61,169 bases of DNA from positions 1 through 61,169 of the forward strand of contig CALKGV010000027.1 of NCBI GenBank assembly GCA_938091805.1, in the 5' to 3' direction. Under the pieces are notes generated by a model. The model ran no database searches, had not been told where the DNA came from, and saw only the letters and a program-made list of their open reading frames with translations. Every line of letters begins with the position of its first letter. Position 1 is the stretch's first letter. The DNA comes from an uncultured archaeon (GTDB lineage: Archaea > Thermoproteota > Bathyarchaeia > Bathyarchaeales > DTEX01). The position numbers and the translations under genes are program-made. Below, one piece after another: positions 1 to 9,631 of the stretch.

Positions 1-105
1 CCTTTTAAGGTCAACGTCGCACCATCGTAATCTTAATGCCTCACCAATTCCCATCCCGGTTTCTTTAAGTTTTTGAAGGTGTGGTTTTATTTTGCAGTAC
101 ACTTT
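1..105 (-). pseudogene. tyrosine recombinase (phage-type integrase) fragment, partial, runs off the left window edge
   Basis: Minus-strand translation of 60..1 reads TGMGIGEALRLRWCDVDLKR. This resembles the TG(L)R(I)SE..L.W.D.D box around the first catalytic Arg of integrases, but the Arg position is Gly. An in-frame stop at 106-108 leaves no N-terminal domain. Confidence 0.3.
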
Positions 106-194
106 CTAGCCGAGAACGAGGAAACGAAGAGTAAGGCTAGAAAATTTTAGAGGATCTGCAGAAGGGAGGAAACATAGGGCTTGTTCCAACATTA

Positions 195-467
195 GTGATT
201 CATGAACTATATAAGTTTGAGATGGAGAATTTCAGAAGGGACATAGCAGACATTAGGATAAACGTTGTTTTAAGGTCGAATCTTAAAACCGTTAATCTAG
301 ACTCACCTATAGCTACTGAGGCTGCGGAACTTAGATGTAAACATAGGGATCTACTCCTGGCGGACGCTATTATAGCGGCCACAGCGCTTGAAACATCTTC
401 GGGCTTCATCCTAACCAATGACACTTACTTCAAAGAGATTAAGGAGATCAAAACTGGATGGATATAA
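195..467 (+). CDS. PIN-domain (VapC-like) protein, apparently N-terminally truncated or frameshifted
   Basis: C-terminal LLLADAIIAATALE..GFILTNDTYFKEI is typical of PIN nucleases. The frame is open only back to 141, with no ATG and no N-terminal Asp box. A neighbouring frame upstream reads FLAENEETKSKARKF*. Confidence 0.5.
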   Translation: MIHELYKFEMENFRRDIADIRINVVLRSNLKTVNLDSPIATEAAELRCKHRDLLLADAIIAATALETSSGFILTNDTYFKEIKEIKTGWI

Positions 468-654
468 AGGTTCAATGTAAAAGTATGTTACTTAACATTT
501 TAGTGCGCAATGAACTAATTTACTTATAAAATATCCAGCATACACTTCGCTGAGAAGAAGAAAAAGCATAAGACTGATGTGTCAACAGTAAGTATGCGTT
601 AAAAGTTTCAAACTTAATTATAAATATACGCTTATTTATAAAATTGTTCTAGAC

Positions 655-1716
655 ATGTGCTATGAGCGCGCTTTAGCAGCTTTGAATCTTGAGGAGAGCG
701 ATAAGGTTGCCCAAGTTGAGTTTCTGCAGCACACAGATTTCATCACTAAAGTCTCAGGGTTAGACCCTTTCAAATATCCTGAGACCGCTTTAAGTAGAAC
801 TTACGAAAAGCTCGACCTTGACATGATATGGTTTACATACGACCCCCTTAATCCATGGGATTTTGTTAAACTAATGGGCGAAAGATTCGTCGATAGAAAG
901 GATTCGTGGAGTAAAGCGTTTCCGAGCACTTGGAGAGAAACCTTCAGCGTAAGATCTGTTGATGATATATTAAACTTCGATCCCTTTAAAGCATGGAGTA
1001 TACCGAGCTTAGATGAGCTAACGGAGCGTTTTCAAGAGGCTCACAGTAGGGCTCAACGTATTTATAAGAGTCAGCTTGTTCCCGGAGGCACTTATCTCAC
1101 ATGCTTTATGTGGCTTGTCATGGCTTTCGGACTTAAGTGGGCTGTCAAAGCCGCTTATCAAGATCCTGAACGGTTCAAAAGGCTTCTAGACAAGTTCGGT
1201 GAGCTCAGCCTGCTGCAGGCTAGAGCTTGGGCTCAAACAGACATTAAGGCTTTCATAAGCCATGATGACATATGCTCAACGCAGGGACCATTCTTCCCAC
1301 CGGAATGGATGCGTAAACACTTATTTCCATGGTATAGGAGATTGTGGAGCGAGCTTAAGTCTAAGGGTATCATAGTGCTCTTCTGCACTGATGGCAACAT
1401 GACTCCTATAGTGGATGATATAGCTGAGGCGGGTGCTGAGGGCTTCATAATAGAAGAATGCTGCAACTTGGAGCATATAGCTGGGAAATATGGGAATAGC
1501 CACGCAATAATTGGAGGGGTTGATATAGGCGTATTAACCTACGGCGGAATCAGCAGCGTTATAAAAGAAGTTGAGAGATGCTTAAGAGCCGCCGGTTCAT
1601 ATCCAGGCTATTTTATCAATGTTTCAGGATCTATACCTGATAACGTCCCAGTAATAAACCTTGAAGCGTATTTTGAAGCGTCCAATAAATATAGGCGTAG
1701 ACCGCTTAGAATATGA
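655..1716 (+). CDS. uroporphyrinogen-decarboxylase-fold (URO-D / MtaA-like) family protein
   Basis: The 353-aa ORF has the length and N-terminal pattern (ERALAAL..E..D) of this family and resembles the clearer URO-D-like paralog at 46255..47349. Confidence 0.45.
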   Translation: MCYERALAALNLEESDKVAQVEFLQHTDFITKVSGLDPFKYPETALSRTYEKLDLDMIWFTYDPLNPWDFVKLMGERFVDRKDSWSKAFPSTWRETFSVRSVDDILNFDPFKAWSIPSLDELTERFQEAHSRAQRIYKSQLVPGGTYLTCFMWLVMAFGLKWAVKAAYQDPERFKRLLDKFGELSLLQARAWAQTDIKAFISHDDICSTQGPFFPPEWMRKHLFPWYRRLWSELKSKGIIVLFCTDGNMTPIVDDIAEAGAEGFIIEECCNLEHIAGKYGNSHAIIGGVDIGVLTYGGISSVIKEVERCLRAAGSYPGYFINVSGSIPDNVPVINLEAYFEASNKYRRRPLRI

Positions 1717-1866
1717 AGCAAATATGAGGATTAATGGGTCAAACATGGACCGCCTGATCCCAGCGTTTACTAAGATAACCAAATCTCATTTTATAAATTG
1801 CGCCATTTCTAAGCGGCTAAACCTTTTTTAGTTTTAATGCTGCTTAATAGATTTTGGTGCATTGCT

Positions 1867-2664
1867 GTGAAGATTATGGTGTGCGGTAAGGGCGGTTCGG
1901 GAAAAACGGTCTTAACGGTCTTAATGGCTAGGGTTCTTCTCTCGGAGAACTTTAAGGTTTACATAATTGACTCAGATGAATCTAATGTTTTGCTGCCAGC
2001 ATTTTTAGGTGTGAAACCGCCTAAACCCCTAATTGAGTATATTGGCGGTAAAAAAGATGAGGAATTTTTGGAAAGGATTTTTCCTGACATAGTTAAGGCG
2101 CTGGCTAAGGCGAAGGAGGGAATAAGGCTTGATCTACTGCCGCCTGAATACATGTCGATATCAAATGAGGGGGTGGGATTGGTTGTTATAGGTAAAGTTA
2201 GAGAATACGGCGAGGGATGCGCATGCCCATTCAACGTGGTAACGAGAGCCCTGCTTGGCAACCTATACTTGAATGAGGATGAGGTTGTTCTGGTTGATAC
2301 TGACGCTGGGGTGGAGCATGTGGGCAGAAAATTGGAGGAAGTCTGCGACGGGCTGATCATAATCGTTGATCCCACGGCTGAATCTCTTGAGCTGGCTCTA
2401 ATGCTGAAAACTATAGCACAAAACCTGGGAAAGAAATTTTGGATAATAGCGAATAAGGTGACGGAGGATATTGAAGGATCGCTGAGGGAAGAGGCCGCGA
2501 AACTGGGTTTAAAGATCGATGGGATCGTGAGGTTCGATAAGGATCTGTATGTCTCTTGCCTAAGGAAAGAACCTCTAAAATCAAATATGGCAGCCTCAGA
2601 TTTAAGAAGTATAATGAGGAAACTTGAGATAAGTGGCGCATGCTCATCTAAAGAGAATCGTTAA
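1867..2664 (+). CDS. cooC: CooC-type nickel-insertion accessory ATPase (MinD/ParA-like P-loop)
   Basis: Deviant Walker A (VKIMVCGKGGSGKT) and the CooC-type CxC metal motif (GEGCACPFN). The likely start is GTG 1867 or ATG 1876, rather than the ORF-track start at 1837. Confidence 0.75.
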   Translation: MKIMVCGKGGSGKTVLTVLMARVLLSENFKVYIIDSDESNVLLPAFLGVKPPKPLIEYIGGKKDEEFLERIFPDIVKALAKAKEGIRLDLLPPEYMSISNEGVGLVVIGKVREYGEGCACPFNVVTRALLGNLYLNEDEVVLVDTDAGVEHVGRKLEEVCDGLIIIVDPTAESLELALMLKTIAQNLGKKFWIIANKVTEDIEGSLREEAAKLGLKIDGIVRFDKDLYVSCLRKEPLKSNMAASDLRSIMRKLEISGACSSKENR

Positions 2665-2678
2665 GAGGAGGTTTTTTG

Positions 2679-2879
2679 ATGTGTTTACTGAAAGTTTATA
2701 TTGAAAGCAGCTCCGCAGATAGAAAGCTCGTCGCTCAAAACGTCGCTTTGGTGCATATGGAAGGCAAATCAGTTAGGCTTATAGATGTTGAATCAAAAGA
2801 GGCAACTTTAACAAATGTGGAACCTCTATTAATCGATACTCTAAATTCGATATTGATCCTAAAAAGATCTGATTCTTAA
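2679..2879 (+). CDS. cooT: CooT-family small nickel-binding protein
   Basis: About 66 aa, beginning MC-LLKVYIE and continuing V..V..V..EG..V.L.D. Size, the N-terminal Met-Cys and the position right after cooC all fit CooT. Confidence 0.6.
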   Translation: MCLLKVYIESSSADRKLVAQNVALVHMEGKSVRLIDVESKEATLTNVEPLLIDTLNSILILKRSDS

Positions 2880-3123
2880 CAATTTTCTCCTTAAAAACAG
2901 TTCCCTCGATCTATTAGTCAATTTTATGATTTTATTTTTTCAAAAAAATCAATTTTTTTAAAAAATATTTTATCTCTTTATTTTTAAACTTATCTTTTCT
3001 AATTTTGACTAAAATTTTCATCATTTAAGTTTAATAGCTTCCCAATCGAAATATTTATAAAAAAATAATTGAAATATCTTAAAGATAAGGAGAATTAGCA
3101 CTGTATGCAGCATCGGCGCATCA

Positions 3124-3549
3124 ATGCATCCAACATTAAACGTAGAAAAGAAACGGTGGCTGCTCAACTTGGGCGTCCACATTATTGCAGACTTCCTGGG
3201 AGTGGACCCCGGAAAGATAGCGAAAGTAGAGGACTTACGTCCCATTTTGGATAGAGCTGTCTCTAAATCTGGCCTTCACGTCATTTCCTCAATTTTTCAT
3301 CAGTTTGAACCTTTCGGTGTTTCTGCCGCGTATGTTTTAAGCGAGTCTCATTTAAGCGTTCATACATGGCCGGAGTACGGCTACGTTGCTTTAGATATAT
3401 TTACCTGCGGCTCCGATGAGTGCGCTTTTAAAGCTTTTGATTTACTTATTGAGGAGCTTAAGCCTAAGATTGTAGAGAAGAAGGTGCTTAGAAGGGATTA
3501 TTATGAGAAAAGTCAGAGATCAAATGCTTATCAGCCTTTTGAAATCTAA
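3124..3549 (+). CDS. speH: S-adenosylmethionine decarboxylase proenzyme (pyruvoyl type)
   Basis: Self-cleavage and active-site block LSESHLSVHTWPEYGYVALDIFTCG. Confidence 0.92.
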   Translation: MHPTLNVEKKRWLLNLGVHIIADFLGVDPGKIAKVEDLRPILDRAVSKSGLHVISSIFHQFEPFGVSAAYVLSESHLSVHTWPEYGYVALDIFTCGSDECAFKAFDLLIEELKPKIVEKKVLRRDYYEKSQRSNAYQPFEI

Positions 3550-4555
3550 GAAGAGCTTCTGGGAGCTGCTTGATGAAAGCCAATGCTTAGTGAAGGATTT
3601 TATAACTGCCTTAAATAATCTTTTCAGGGAAGGGCTTATAGGCGTGGAAGGAAACACCGTCTATATAACTGAGAAGGGCTTAAAGGAAGTTAATGGAAAC
3701 ATTCTGGATTTTAAGAGCGAAATATGTGATAAATGCGGGGGCAAAGGGCTTATTCTGGATGGGAAATTTAAATATGTTTTTGAAGAGTTTAAGCGCATCG
3801 CTGAAAAGAGGCCTCCCCCAAATGCGTTTTTCTTTCAAGGATATATGCGTGAGTACGATGTAATATCTAGAATTGCCCTAATGCATAAGTATAATGATTT
3901 AGCTGATAAAGACTTCATACTTATTGGGGATGACGACCTATTAAGTGTGGCTTTAGCCCTTACAGAGCTGCCCTCAAGAATTTTTATCTTGGATATTGAT
4001 GAGAGACTAGGGGATTTCATAAAAGCCATAAGTAGGGAATATAGGTTTGAAATAGAATTCCAGAAGTACGATGTCTCAAATCCTCTACCGAAAGATCTCA
4101 GAGGCAGCTTTGACGTTTTCTCCTCAGAGCCGCTGGAAACTCTAAGCGGGCTAAAAGCCTTCATATCTAGGGGTGTAGCATGCCTAAGGGAAAACGGCGT
4201 CGGATACTTTGGGCTGTCAACAGCTGAGGCGTCGTCAAAGAAGTGGATGTCACTTGAGAAGATGCTTCTAAGAATGAACTGCGTCATAACGGACATAATC
4301 AAAGATTTCTCAAGATATAAGACGCTCTATGAAACAGTTAGCTATGAGAACTTTACTACGAAGCTGAAATTTCAAGTAGAGATGAACCCTGGAATCTACT
4401 GGTATAAATCATCACTATTTAGGTTTGAGATTATAGGTAAGCCTAAACTGTTCGTGAATCCGGATAAACATGTAACCGTTATATACGTTGATCGGCGTGA
4501 AGATATAACTAACCCATTTCTGTACGTTAATGCTAAGAAGCCTAGAGCATGCTAA
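3503..4555 (+). CDS. bpsA: DUF43-family aminopropyltransferase, likely N4-bis(aminopropyl)spermidine (branched polyamine) synthase
   Basis: About 350 aa with an N-terminal winged-helix-like part and the FILIGDDDLLSVALAL block typical of DUF43/BpsA. It overlaps speH by 47 nt. Confidence 0.65.
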   Translation: MRKVRDQMLISLLKSKKSFWELLDESQCLVKDFITALNNLFREGLIGVEGNTVYITEKGLKEVNGNILDFKSEICDKCGGKGLILDGKFKYVFEEFKRIAEKRPPPNAFFFQGYMREYDVISRIALMHKYNDLADKDFILIGDDDLLSVALALTELPSRIFILDIDERLGDFIKAISREYRFEIEFQKYDVSNPLPKDLRGSFDVFSSEPLETLSGLKAFISRGVACLRENGVGYFGLSTAEASSKKWMSLEKMLLRMNCVITDIIKDFSRYKTLYETVSYENFTTKLKFQVEMNPGIYWYKSSLFRFEIIGKPKLFVNPDKHVTVIYVDRREDITNPFLYVNAKKPRAC

Positions 4556-4648
4556 AAATAGATTTAAATAACCGTGAGAAGTAAACTTAAAATAATTGAA
4601 TGACTTGTTTTAAACAAGTCTAATGATCGTGATGTTGGAGGATGAATA

Positions 4649-5974
4649 ATGAGCAAGCCTGAAAAACCGCATTTGAACGTGGTCATAATCGGACATGTAG
4701 ATCACGGAAAATCCACAACGATGGGCCACTTCCTATATCTCACTGGCGCAATCGATGAGAGAACAATAAGAGCCTATGAGGAAGAGGCGAAGAAGCTGGG
4801 CAAGGAGACCTTCAAATACGCTTGGGTGCTGGACAATTTGAAGGAGGAGCGGGAAAGAGGGCTGACGATAGATCTGCGTTTCCTAAAATTTGAGACTCCA
4901 AAATTCTTTTTCACCATAATAGACGCGCCGGGACACAGAGACTTCGTGAAGAACATGATAACTGGAGCAAGCCAAGCGGACGCCGCGGTTCTTTTTGTTT
5001 CAGCTAAGAAGGGAGAATTTGAAGCAGGCATAGGCCCAGGTGGACAAACTAGAGAGCACGCTTTCCTAGCCTTTACTTTAGGAGTTAAGCAGCTAATTGT
5101 TTGCATCAACAAAATGGATGATCCCTCAGTTAACTGGAGTCAGGAGCGCTACAATGAAATTAAGAATGAAGTGAGCCGCATGCTCAGGCTCGTTGGCTAT
5201 AACGTTGCCAAGATTCCATTTGTGCCAACTTCAGGATGGATGGGTGATAATCTGGTTAAGCCAAGCCCGAACATGCCATGGTATAAGGGTCCAACGCTCT
5301 ATGAAGCTCTTGACATGTTCGAGATGCCGCCTAAGCCGATTGATAAGCCGCTAAGGATACCGGTGCAGGACGTGTATTCAATAACCGGCGTTGGAACAGT
5401 GCCCGTTGGACGCGTTGAAACCGGCGTGCTGAAAGAGGGCGATAAAATAGTAATAATGCCATCTGGAATAATGGGCGAAGTTAAGTCGATAGAAACCCAT
5501 CATACAAGAATACCGAGGGCTGAGCCTGGTGATAACATAGGCTTCAACGTTAGGGGCATTGCGAAGACCGACATAAGGAGAGGCGATGTCGTCGGGCCTC
5601 CTGAGAATCCACCAACAGTAGCTAGGGAATTCATAGGGCAGATAATAGTCATATACCATCCGACAGCTATAGCCGCCGGATACACGCCTGTGCTCCACAT
5701 CCATACGGCCCAAGTTGCATGCAGGTTCGCGGAGCTCTTGAAGAAGATTGATCCCAGAACAGGCCAGACGATTGAGGAGAAACCGTCCTTCCTCAAAACT
5801 GGAGACAGCGCGCTTGTTAAATTTGAACCGTTGAGGCCAGTATGCCTAGAAGTCTACACGGAGTTTCCAGAGCTAGGGAGATTTGCTGTACGAGATATGG
5901 GAACAACTATTGCTGCCGGCGTGGTGAAGGAGATAACTAAGAAGGTGGAAACGGCGCCTAAAAAGGTTGCATAG
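4649..5974 (+). CDS. tuf: translation elongation factor EF-1 alpha
   Basis: [17 protein letters not shown] and NKMD GTPase motifs, with full-length similarity to aEF-1alpha. Confidence 0.98.
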   Translation: MSKPEKPHLNVVIIGHVDHGKSTTMGHFLYLTGAIDERTIRAYEEEAKKLGKETFKYAWVLDNLKEERERGLTIDLRFLKFETPKFFFTIIDAPGHRDFVKNMITGASQADAAVLFVSAKKGEFEAGIGPGGQTREHAFLAFTLGVKQLIVCINKMDDPSVNWSQERYNEIKNEVSRMLRLVGYNVAKIPFVPTSGWMGDNLVKPSPNMPWYKGPTLYEALDMFEMPPKPIDKPLRIPVQDVYSITGVGTVPVGRVETGVLKEGDKIVIMPSGIMGEVKSIETHHTRIPRAEPGDNIGFNVRGIAKTDIRRGDVVGPPENPPTVAREFIGQIIVIYHPTAIAAGYTPVLHIHTAQVACRFAELLKKIDPRTGQTIEEKPSFLKTGDSALVKFEPLRPVCLEVYTEFPELGRFAVRDMGTTIAAGVVKEITKKVETAPKKVA

Positions 5975-6023
5975 TGAATAGGGAAAACCCGGCTTTTCAA
6001 GCCCTTTATTTTTTAATATTAAC

Positions 6024-6602
6024 TTGAAAATTACGTTAAAAGAGGTTTCCGAAGCATCTATGAGCGAGGAAAAGATTGAAATAATATATTTCTACTCGGA
6101 TTTATACGAGAGTAAGCGAAATCTCCTCCCAATAGTGCGGAAACTCCGAAAAAGAAAGAACTTACAAATACGCCTAGTTAATGTTGAAGATCCGGAAAAT
6201 GAGGAATTAGCAGAGGTCTATGGTGTAAATAGCGTTCCGCTTGTTGTATTTTTGACTCCAAAGGGTGAGATAGCGGCTAGAAGAAGCATGCCGCTTTCGG
6301 AGATAACGATCATAAATGAGATCACCAATCAAATCGTTAAGGGAGATCTGCCTAAGCCGCACATTAATGATCTCAGGAGAAAAATTTTGGAATCATTCAA
6401 ATCGATTCCGATGAGAAACGATCTGACCTTAATAATGGTTGACCAGGTTAAAAACGACATACTTGAGGCAGATTCAGAATCGGAAATTTATGACGCGCTT
6501 AGCTTTCATGTAAGCACGATAAATCACACGATAAATGATCTGGAAGAGTTCAAGAGAATCTTACAGAAATACATGAGAAAACAGCAGGATTTCATAATTT
6601 AA
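6024..6602 (+). CDS. thioredoxin-fold protein lacking a CxxC motif, with a helical C-terminal domain
   Basis: The pattern IEIIYFYS...LAEVYGVNSVPLVVFL is thioredoxin-like and no redox cysteines are present. The start is uncertain, either TTG 6024 or ATG 6060. Confidence 0.45.
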   Translation: MKITLKEVSEASMSEEKIEIIYFYSDLYESKRNLLPIVRKLRKRKNLQIRLVNVEDPENEELAEVYGVNSVPLVVFLTPKGEIAARRSMPLSEITIINEITNQIVKGDLPKPHINDLRRKILESFKSIPMRNDLTLIMVDQVKNDILEADSESEIYDALSFHVSTINHTINDLEEFKRILQKYMRKQQDFII

Positions 6603-6616
6603 TCCGGATTTTGCAA

Positions 6617-7390
6617 TCATCCAATGTAGGATATTTTTTCCTCTTCGATCCTTCGAATCTCCCTTTCAGCGGCTTTTCTCTGCTCTTCTATCTTCCTCAT
6701 TTTTTCCTCCATCTCTACAATCTTAGCGATTTCCTTATCAATATCGGTCAAGTCCAGCTTAAGGTTCAGCATTCTCATGAGAATTACTAAAATGCTTTTT
6801 GCAGCTTTAGGGTCAGGTATATAGCCGGGCGTCTCACCTAGGAGGCATACGCCCTCTATACCTTTAAATTTCGCTAGACCTAGTAGCAGCCCAGCCGCCC
6901 CAACTACTGGATTTCCAGGAGGGTTAATTAGCGACCCAGCCTCCAAGGCCTTCTTAAGCGCCTCCGGGCTTGTCGCTGAGGCTAGCACTTGCGGCGTGTC
7001 AACAACGTCCCTTCTATATCCGCCCACAGTTATGAGCATACTGACATTTTTCTTGCTTGCAAGCTCAATTATTGAGTCTGCAACTTCATACTGCCCCTCA
7101 ATTGTTTGAGCTTGGCTATCGCCGGTCAAAAGTATTAAGTCACATCCTCCAGCATCATTCTTCCAGTAGTAAAACTCATTATTTAACAGTTTAATGCTGC
7201 CCTTATCATTCACTAGGACATAGTACGCGAAGTGAGGCGAATAAAGTTCAGCGAACTTTTTAGCCTTTAATTGTTTTATTAAATACTTAACGGTTATCTT
7301 ACCAACCATCCCTAACCCTGGAAGGCCTTCTATAAGGATGGGATTTTTTAATTCAACATCCTCTTTCTCTACTATTATCGTTTTCCTCAT
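6617..7390 (-). CDS. PAC2-family proteasome assembly chaperone (PbaB-like)
   Basis: N-terminal LIEGLPGLGMVGKI motif and the usual position after nop10 in the archaeal operon. Confidence 0.75.
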   Translation of the reverse strand: MRKTIIVEKEDVELKNPILIEGLPGLGMVGKITVKYLIKQLKAKKFAELYSPHFAYYVLVNDKGSIKLLNNEFYYWKNDAGGCDLILLTGDSQAQTIEGQYEVADSIIELASKKNVSMLITVGGYRRDVVDTPQVLASATSPEALKKALEAGSLINPPGNPVVGAAGLLLGLAKFKGIEGVCLLGETPGYIPDPKAAKSILVILMRMLNLKLDLTDIDKEIAKIVEMEEKMRKIEEQRKAAEREIRRIEEEKISYIG

Positions 7391-7550
7391 TCGCCATGCT
7401 CCTTAAAACGCTTTTATATTTAGCGTATTTATCATCTGGAGAGAACTTTGCTGGATGAGGTACACTTACTTCTCCACCGCAATAGGGGCATTTATCCTTC
7501 TTGAGCGTGTATTTTCTGCATTTCACACATCTTCTCAGAAGCCAAACCAT
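7353..7550 (-). CDS. nop10: H/ACA RNP protein Nop10
   Basis: Zinc ribbon CVKC...CPYCG followed by PHPAKFSPDDKYAKY. Confidence 0.9.
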   Translation of the reverse strand: MVWLLRRCVKCRKYTLKKDKCPYCGGEVSVPHPAKFSPDDKYAKYKSVLRSMANEENDNSRERGC

Positions 7551-7552
7551 GA

Positions 7553-8353
7553 TTATTTCCCACTTTGAGCTTCAAATGATCCCTGCCCTCCTAATTTAGT
7601 TATTGTTTCTATCGCGGTTTTTGCCACTCTGCTTAGTATGGCGTTTGCTTCCTTATAGTCTTTGGCGTTAACCTCAATTTGATATTTAGGCGGGGCTATC
7701 ACATGTATCTTGACGTTCGATCCGTGCGTTGAACCGCTCTCTTTAGCCTTCAACAAAGACTCCTTTATTTTCAGAATCCCATCCGGTTTTGTGCATGTTA
7801 GATTTAATATGCCCCTAACTTTAACAGCCGACGGTTTAATTCTTTCTTTAGCGATTTCGGTCAGAGTTTCAGCGATATTTTTGGGCACGCCCACCTTTAA
7901 CAGTGCCTCAACGCCGTCCCTGGCAGCGGCCTCTAATCCCCCGTAAATATCGCTAAATGAATCCTCGAGGACTCCGCCAACTTTATCATATAACTCATCA
8001 AGGGGCATCCCAAGTTTTTGAGATGCACTTCTGAGCAGGCTTTCCGCCTTCCTACTTCTCTTCCAAAGCATAAGTTTTTCTCTTTTCTCACGCTGTGTAA
8101 CCCTTCTAAGCGAGAGATCTATTTGATTCTTCTCCGGATTAACTCTTAAAACCTTTAGTACGAGCTTCTCTCCTTCACGAATATGATCACGGATATTTCT
8201 TATCCAGCCTGAAGAAATTTCCGATATGTGGAGGAAACCGTCTTTTCCATACTCATCCAGCGTGACATATGCGCCGTACTCTGTTATCTCATTAACGGTT
8301 GATATGACGAGTTCCCCAACCTCAGGCCACTCGTCACTTTTAGATGCAGACAT
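7553..8353 (-). CDS. eif2a: translation initiation factor aIF2 alpha
   Basis: N-terminal S1 domain (GELVISTV..ITEYGAYVTLDEY..GFLHISE), a length of 266 aa and operon context. Confidence 0.92.
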   Translation of the reverse strand: MSASKSDEWPEVGELVISTVNEITEYGAYVTLDEYGKDGFLHISEISSGWIRNIRDHIREGEKLVLKVLRVNPEKNQIDLSLRRVTQREKREKLMLWKRSRKAESLLRSASQKLGMPLDELYDKVGGVLEDSFSDIYGGLEAAARDGVEALLKVGVPKNIAETLTEIAKERIKPSAVKVRGILNLTCTKPDGILKIKESLLKAKESGSTHGSNVKIHVIAPPKYQIEVNAKDYKEANAILSRVAKTAIETITKLGGQGSFEAQSGK

Positions 8354-8367
8354 ATTTTCCTATGCAC

Positions 8368-8565
8368 CTACTCAAATATATTCACTATCTCGCCTTTAAC
8401 GTTCGCTTTCCCACCGGTGGGTTCAGCCAGTGTTGATCCGCAAATATTGCAGCGCACGATCGATGCCACGCTACTAAAGATCACCTGTTCATTTCCGCAG
8501 TCTGGACATTTCACATGGAGAAAGAAGCTTCTCGGCTTCGGTATATTTCTCTCCCAAATCTTCAT
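8368..8565 (-). CDS. rps27e: 30S ribosomal protein S27e
   Basis: C4 zinc ribbon [14 protein letters not shown]...RCNICG in a 65-aa protein. Confidence 0.93.
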   Translation of the reverse strand: MKIWERNIPKPRSFFLHVKCPDCGNEQVIFSSVASIVRCNICGSTLAEPTGGKANVKGEIVNIFE

Positions 8566-8589
8566 TTTAACACCTCATTAAATGCTTTG

Positions 8590-8865
8590 TTACTCTATCG
8601 TCATCTTCTTTAGACGTATGCCCTCTCTATGAATTACGTGTCCACAGTCCTTACACTTGAGCTTCAACGCTTGCTTTTTAGTTGTTTTCGCTTTACGTCT
8701 AAGTATCGGATATTTCTGCCCACCATAACCCTTCCTCTCACGTTCATGAGCGCGCTCACCTTTAGCAAGGGCTCTACGCCTGCCCTCCTTATATATGGAA
8801 ACAGCGTGTACAGTATGCTTATTGCATTTTGGGCAATGCGTAACTATTTCTTTAGGCACGTTCAT
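8590..8865 (-). CDS. rpl44e: 50S ribosomal protein L44e
   Basis: MNVPKEIVTHCPKCNKHTVH....KCKDCG is the L44e zinc-ribbon pattern. ATG 8865 is preferred over the upstream ORF-track start at 8883. Confidence 0.9.
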   Translation of the reverse strand: MNVPKEIVTHCPKCNKHTVHAVSIYKEGRRRALAKGERAHERERKGYGGQKYPILRRKAKTTKKQALKLKCKDCGHVIHREGIRLKKMTIE

Positions 8866-8889
8866 TGAGATCACGCCGCGCAATCATCA

Positions 8890-9507
8890 TCAATTTTTGT
8901 AATAAAAGCAACATGGAAGTTTATTTAAATCTTTTGAGCGCCTCACCTTTAAGTTTTCGACGCCGTGAAAGAGCGGGGGACCGTAGCCTTCTTCCCTAAC
9001 GTAGGGGATGGTTTCCCCCCTCTTAGGCGCTATTTTCGATCCAATGTAGGCGGCTAATATTGATGTTACTGGAGAAATCAAATACATAAGTACATCAAGT
9101 AATGTTGGTACATAATTTATATAGAGTGATGCCAGCGACTGATTGGCTGCATAAAGTGATCCTAGAATCATGCCGGCAACTATGGCATCGGTGAAAAGAT
9201 ACGTAACCATTGAAACTATGGCGGCGTCCTTCAGCCCCCTGGTTCCAGAGAAATATATGACGATTAAGGAAGCGATGAAATATGGCACAAAGTATAATTG
9301 AACATCAGCGAAAGATAAGAGAGATGATATGGTCAGTGATAGGAAGGAGCCTAGTAAACCTAACGTTATAGGCCTCGCCATAGACTCTGAAGGAGCAACC
9401 TGCCTTTCCTCAGCTCTTCTGACAGGAGCTCCGCAATTAGGGCAGAAAAGCGCGCCCTCAGGCAACTTAAAGCCGCATCTGCTGCAATTAGGCATCTGGG
9501 TCACCAT
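8890..9507 (-). CDS. zinc-ribbon membrane protein (hypothetical)
   Basis: N-terminal CSRCG..CPNCG ribbon followed by several hydrophobic helices. It heads the L44e operon. Confidence 0.6.
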   Translation of the reverse strand: MVTQMPNCSRCGFKLPEGALFCPNCGAPVRRAEERQVAPSESMARPITLGLLGSFLSLTISSLLSFADVQLYFVPYFIASLIVIYFSGTRGLKDAAIVSMVTYLFTDAIVAGMILGSLYAANQSLASLYINYVPTLLDVLMYLISPVTSILAAYIGSKIAPKRGETIPYVREEGYGPPLFHGVENLKVRRSKDLNKLPCCFYYKN

Positions 9508-9631
9508 CCTCCCTTAAGAATGGGCATTAGCACTATAAAAACTTCATGCATAGCGATCTAACTTCAATCGATGTCTTTATATTCGTCTAACCATTTCCTC
9601 ATACTGTTAATTGAAGAGCACGTGATTATAT

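Noticed and set aside
2930-2965. An A/T-rich motif (ttcaaaaaaatcaattttttt) that is roughly the reverse complement of one at 38822-38845.
   Set aside because: Both are low-complexity A/T runs in promoter-rich spacers and the match is imperfect, so it is probably compositional.
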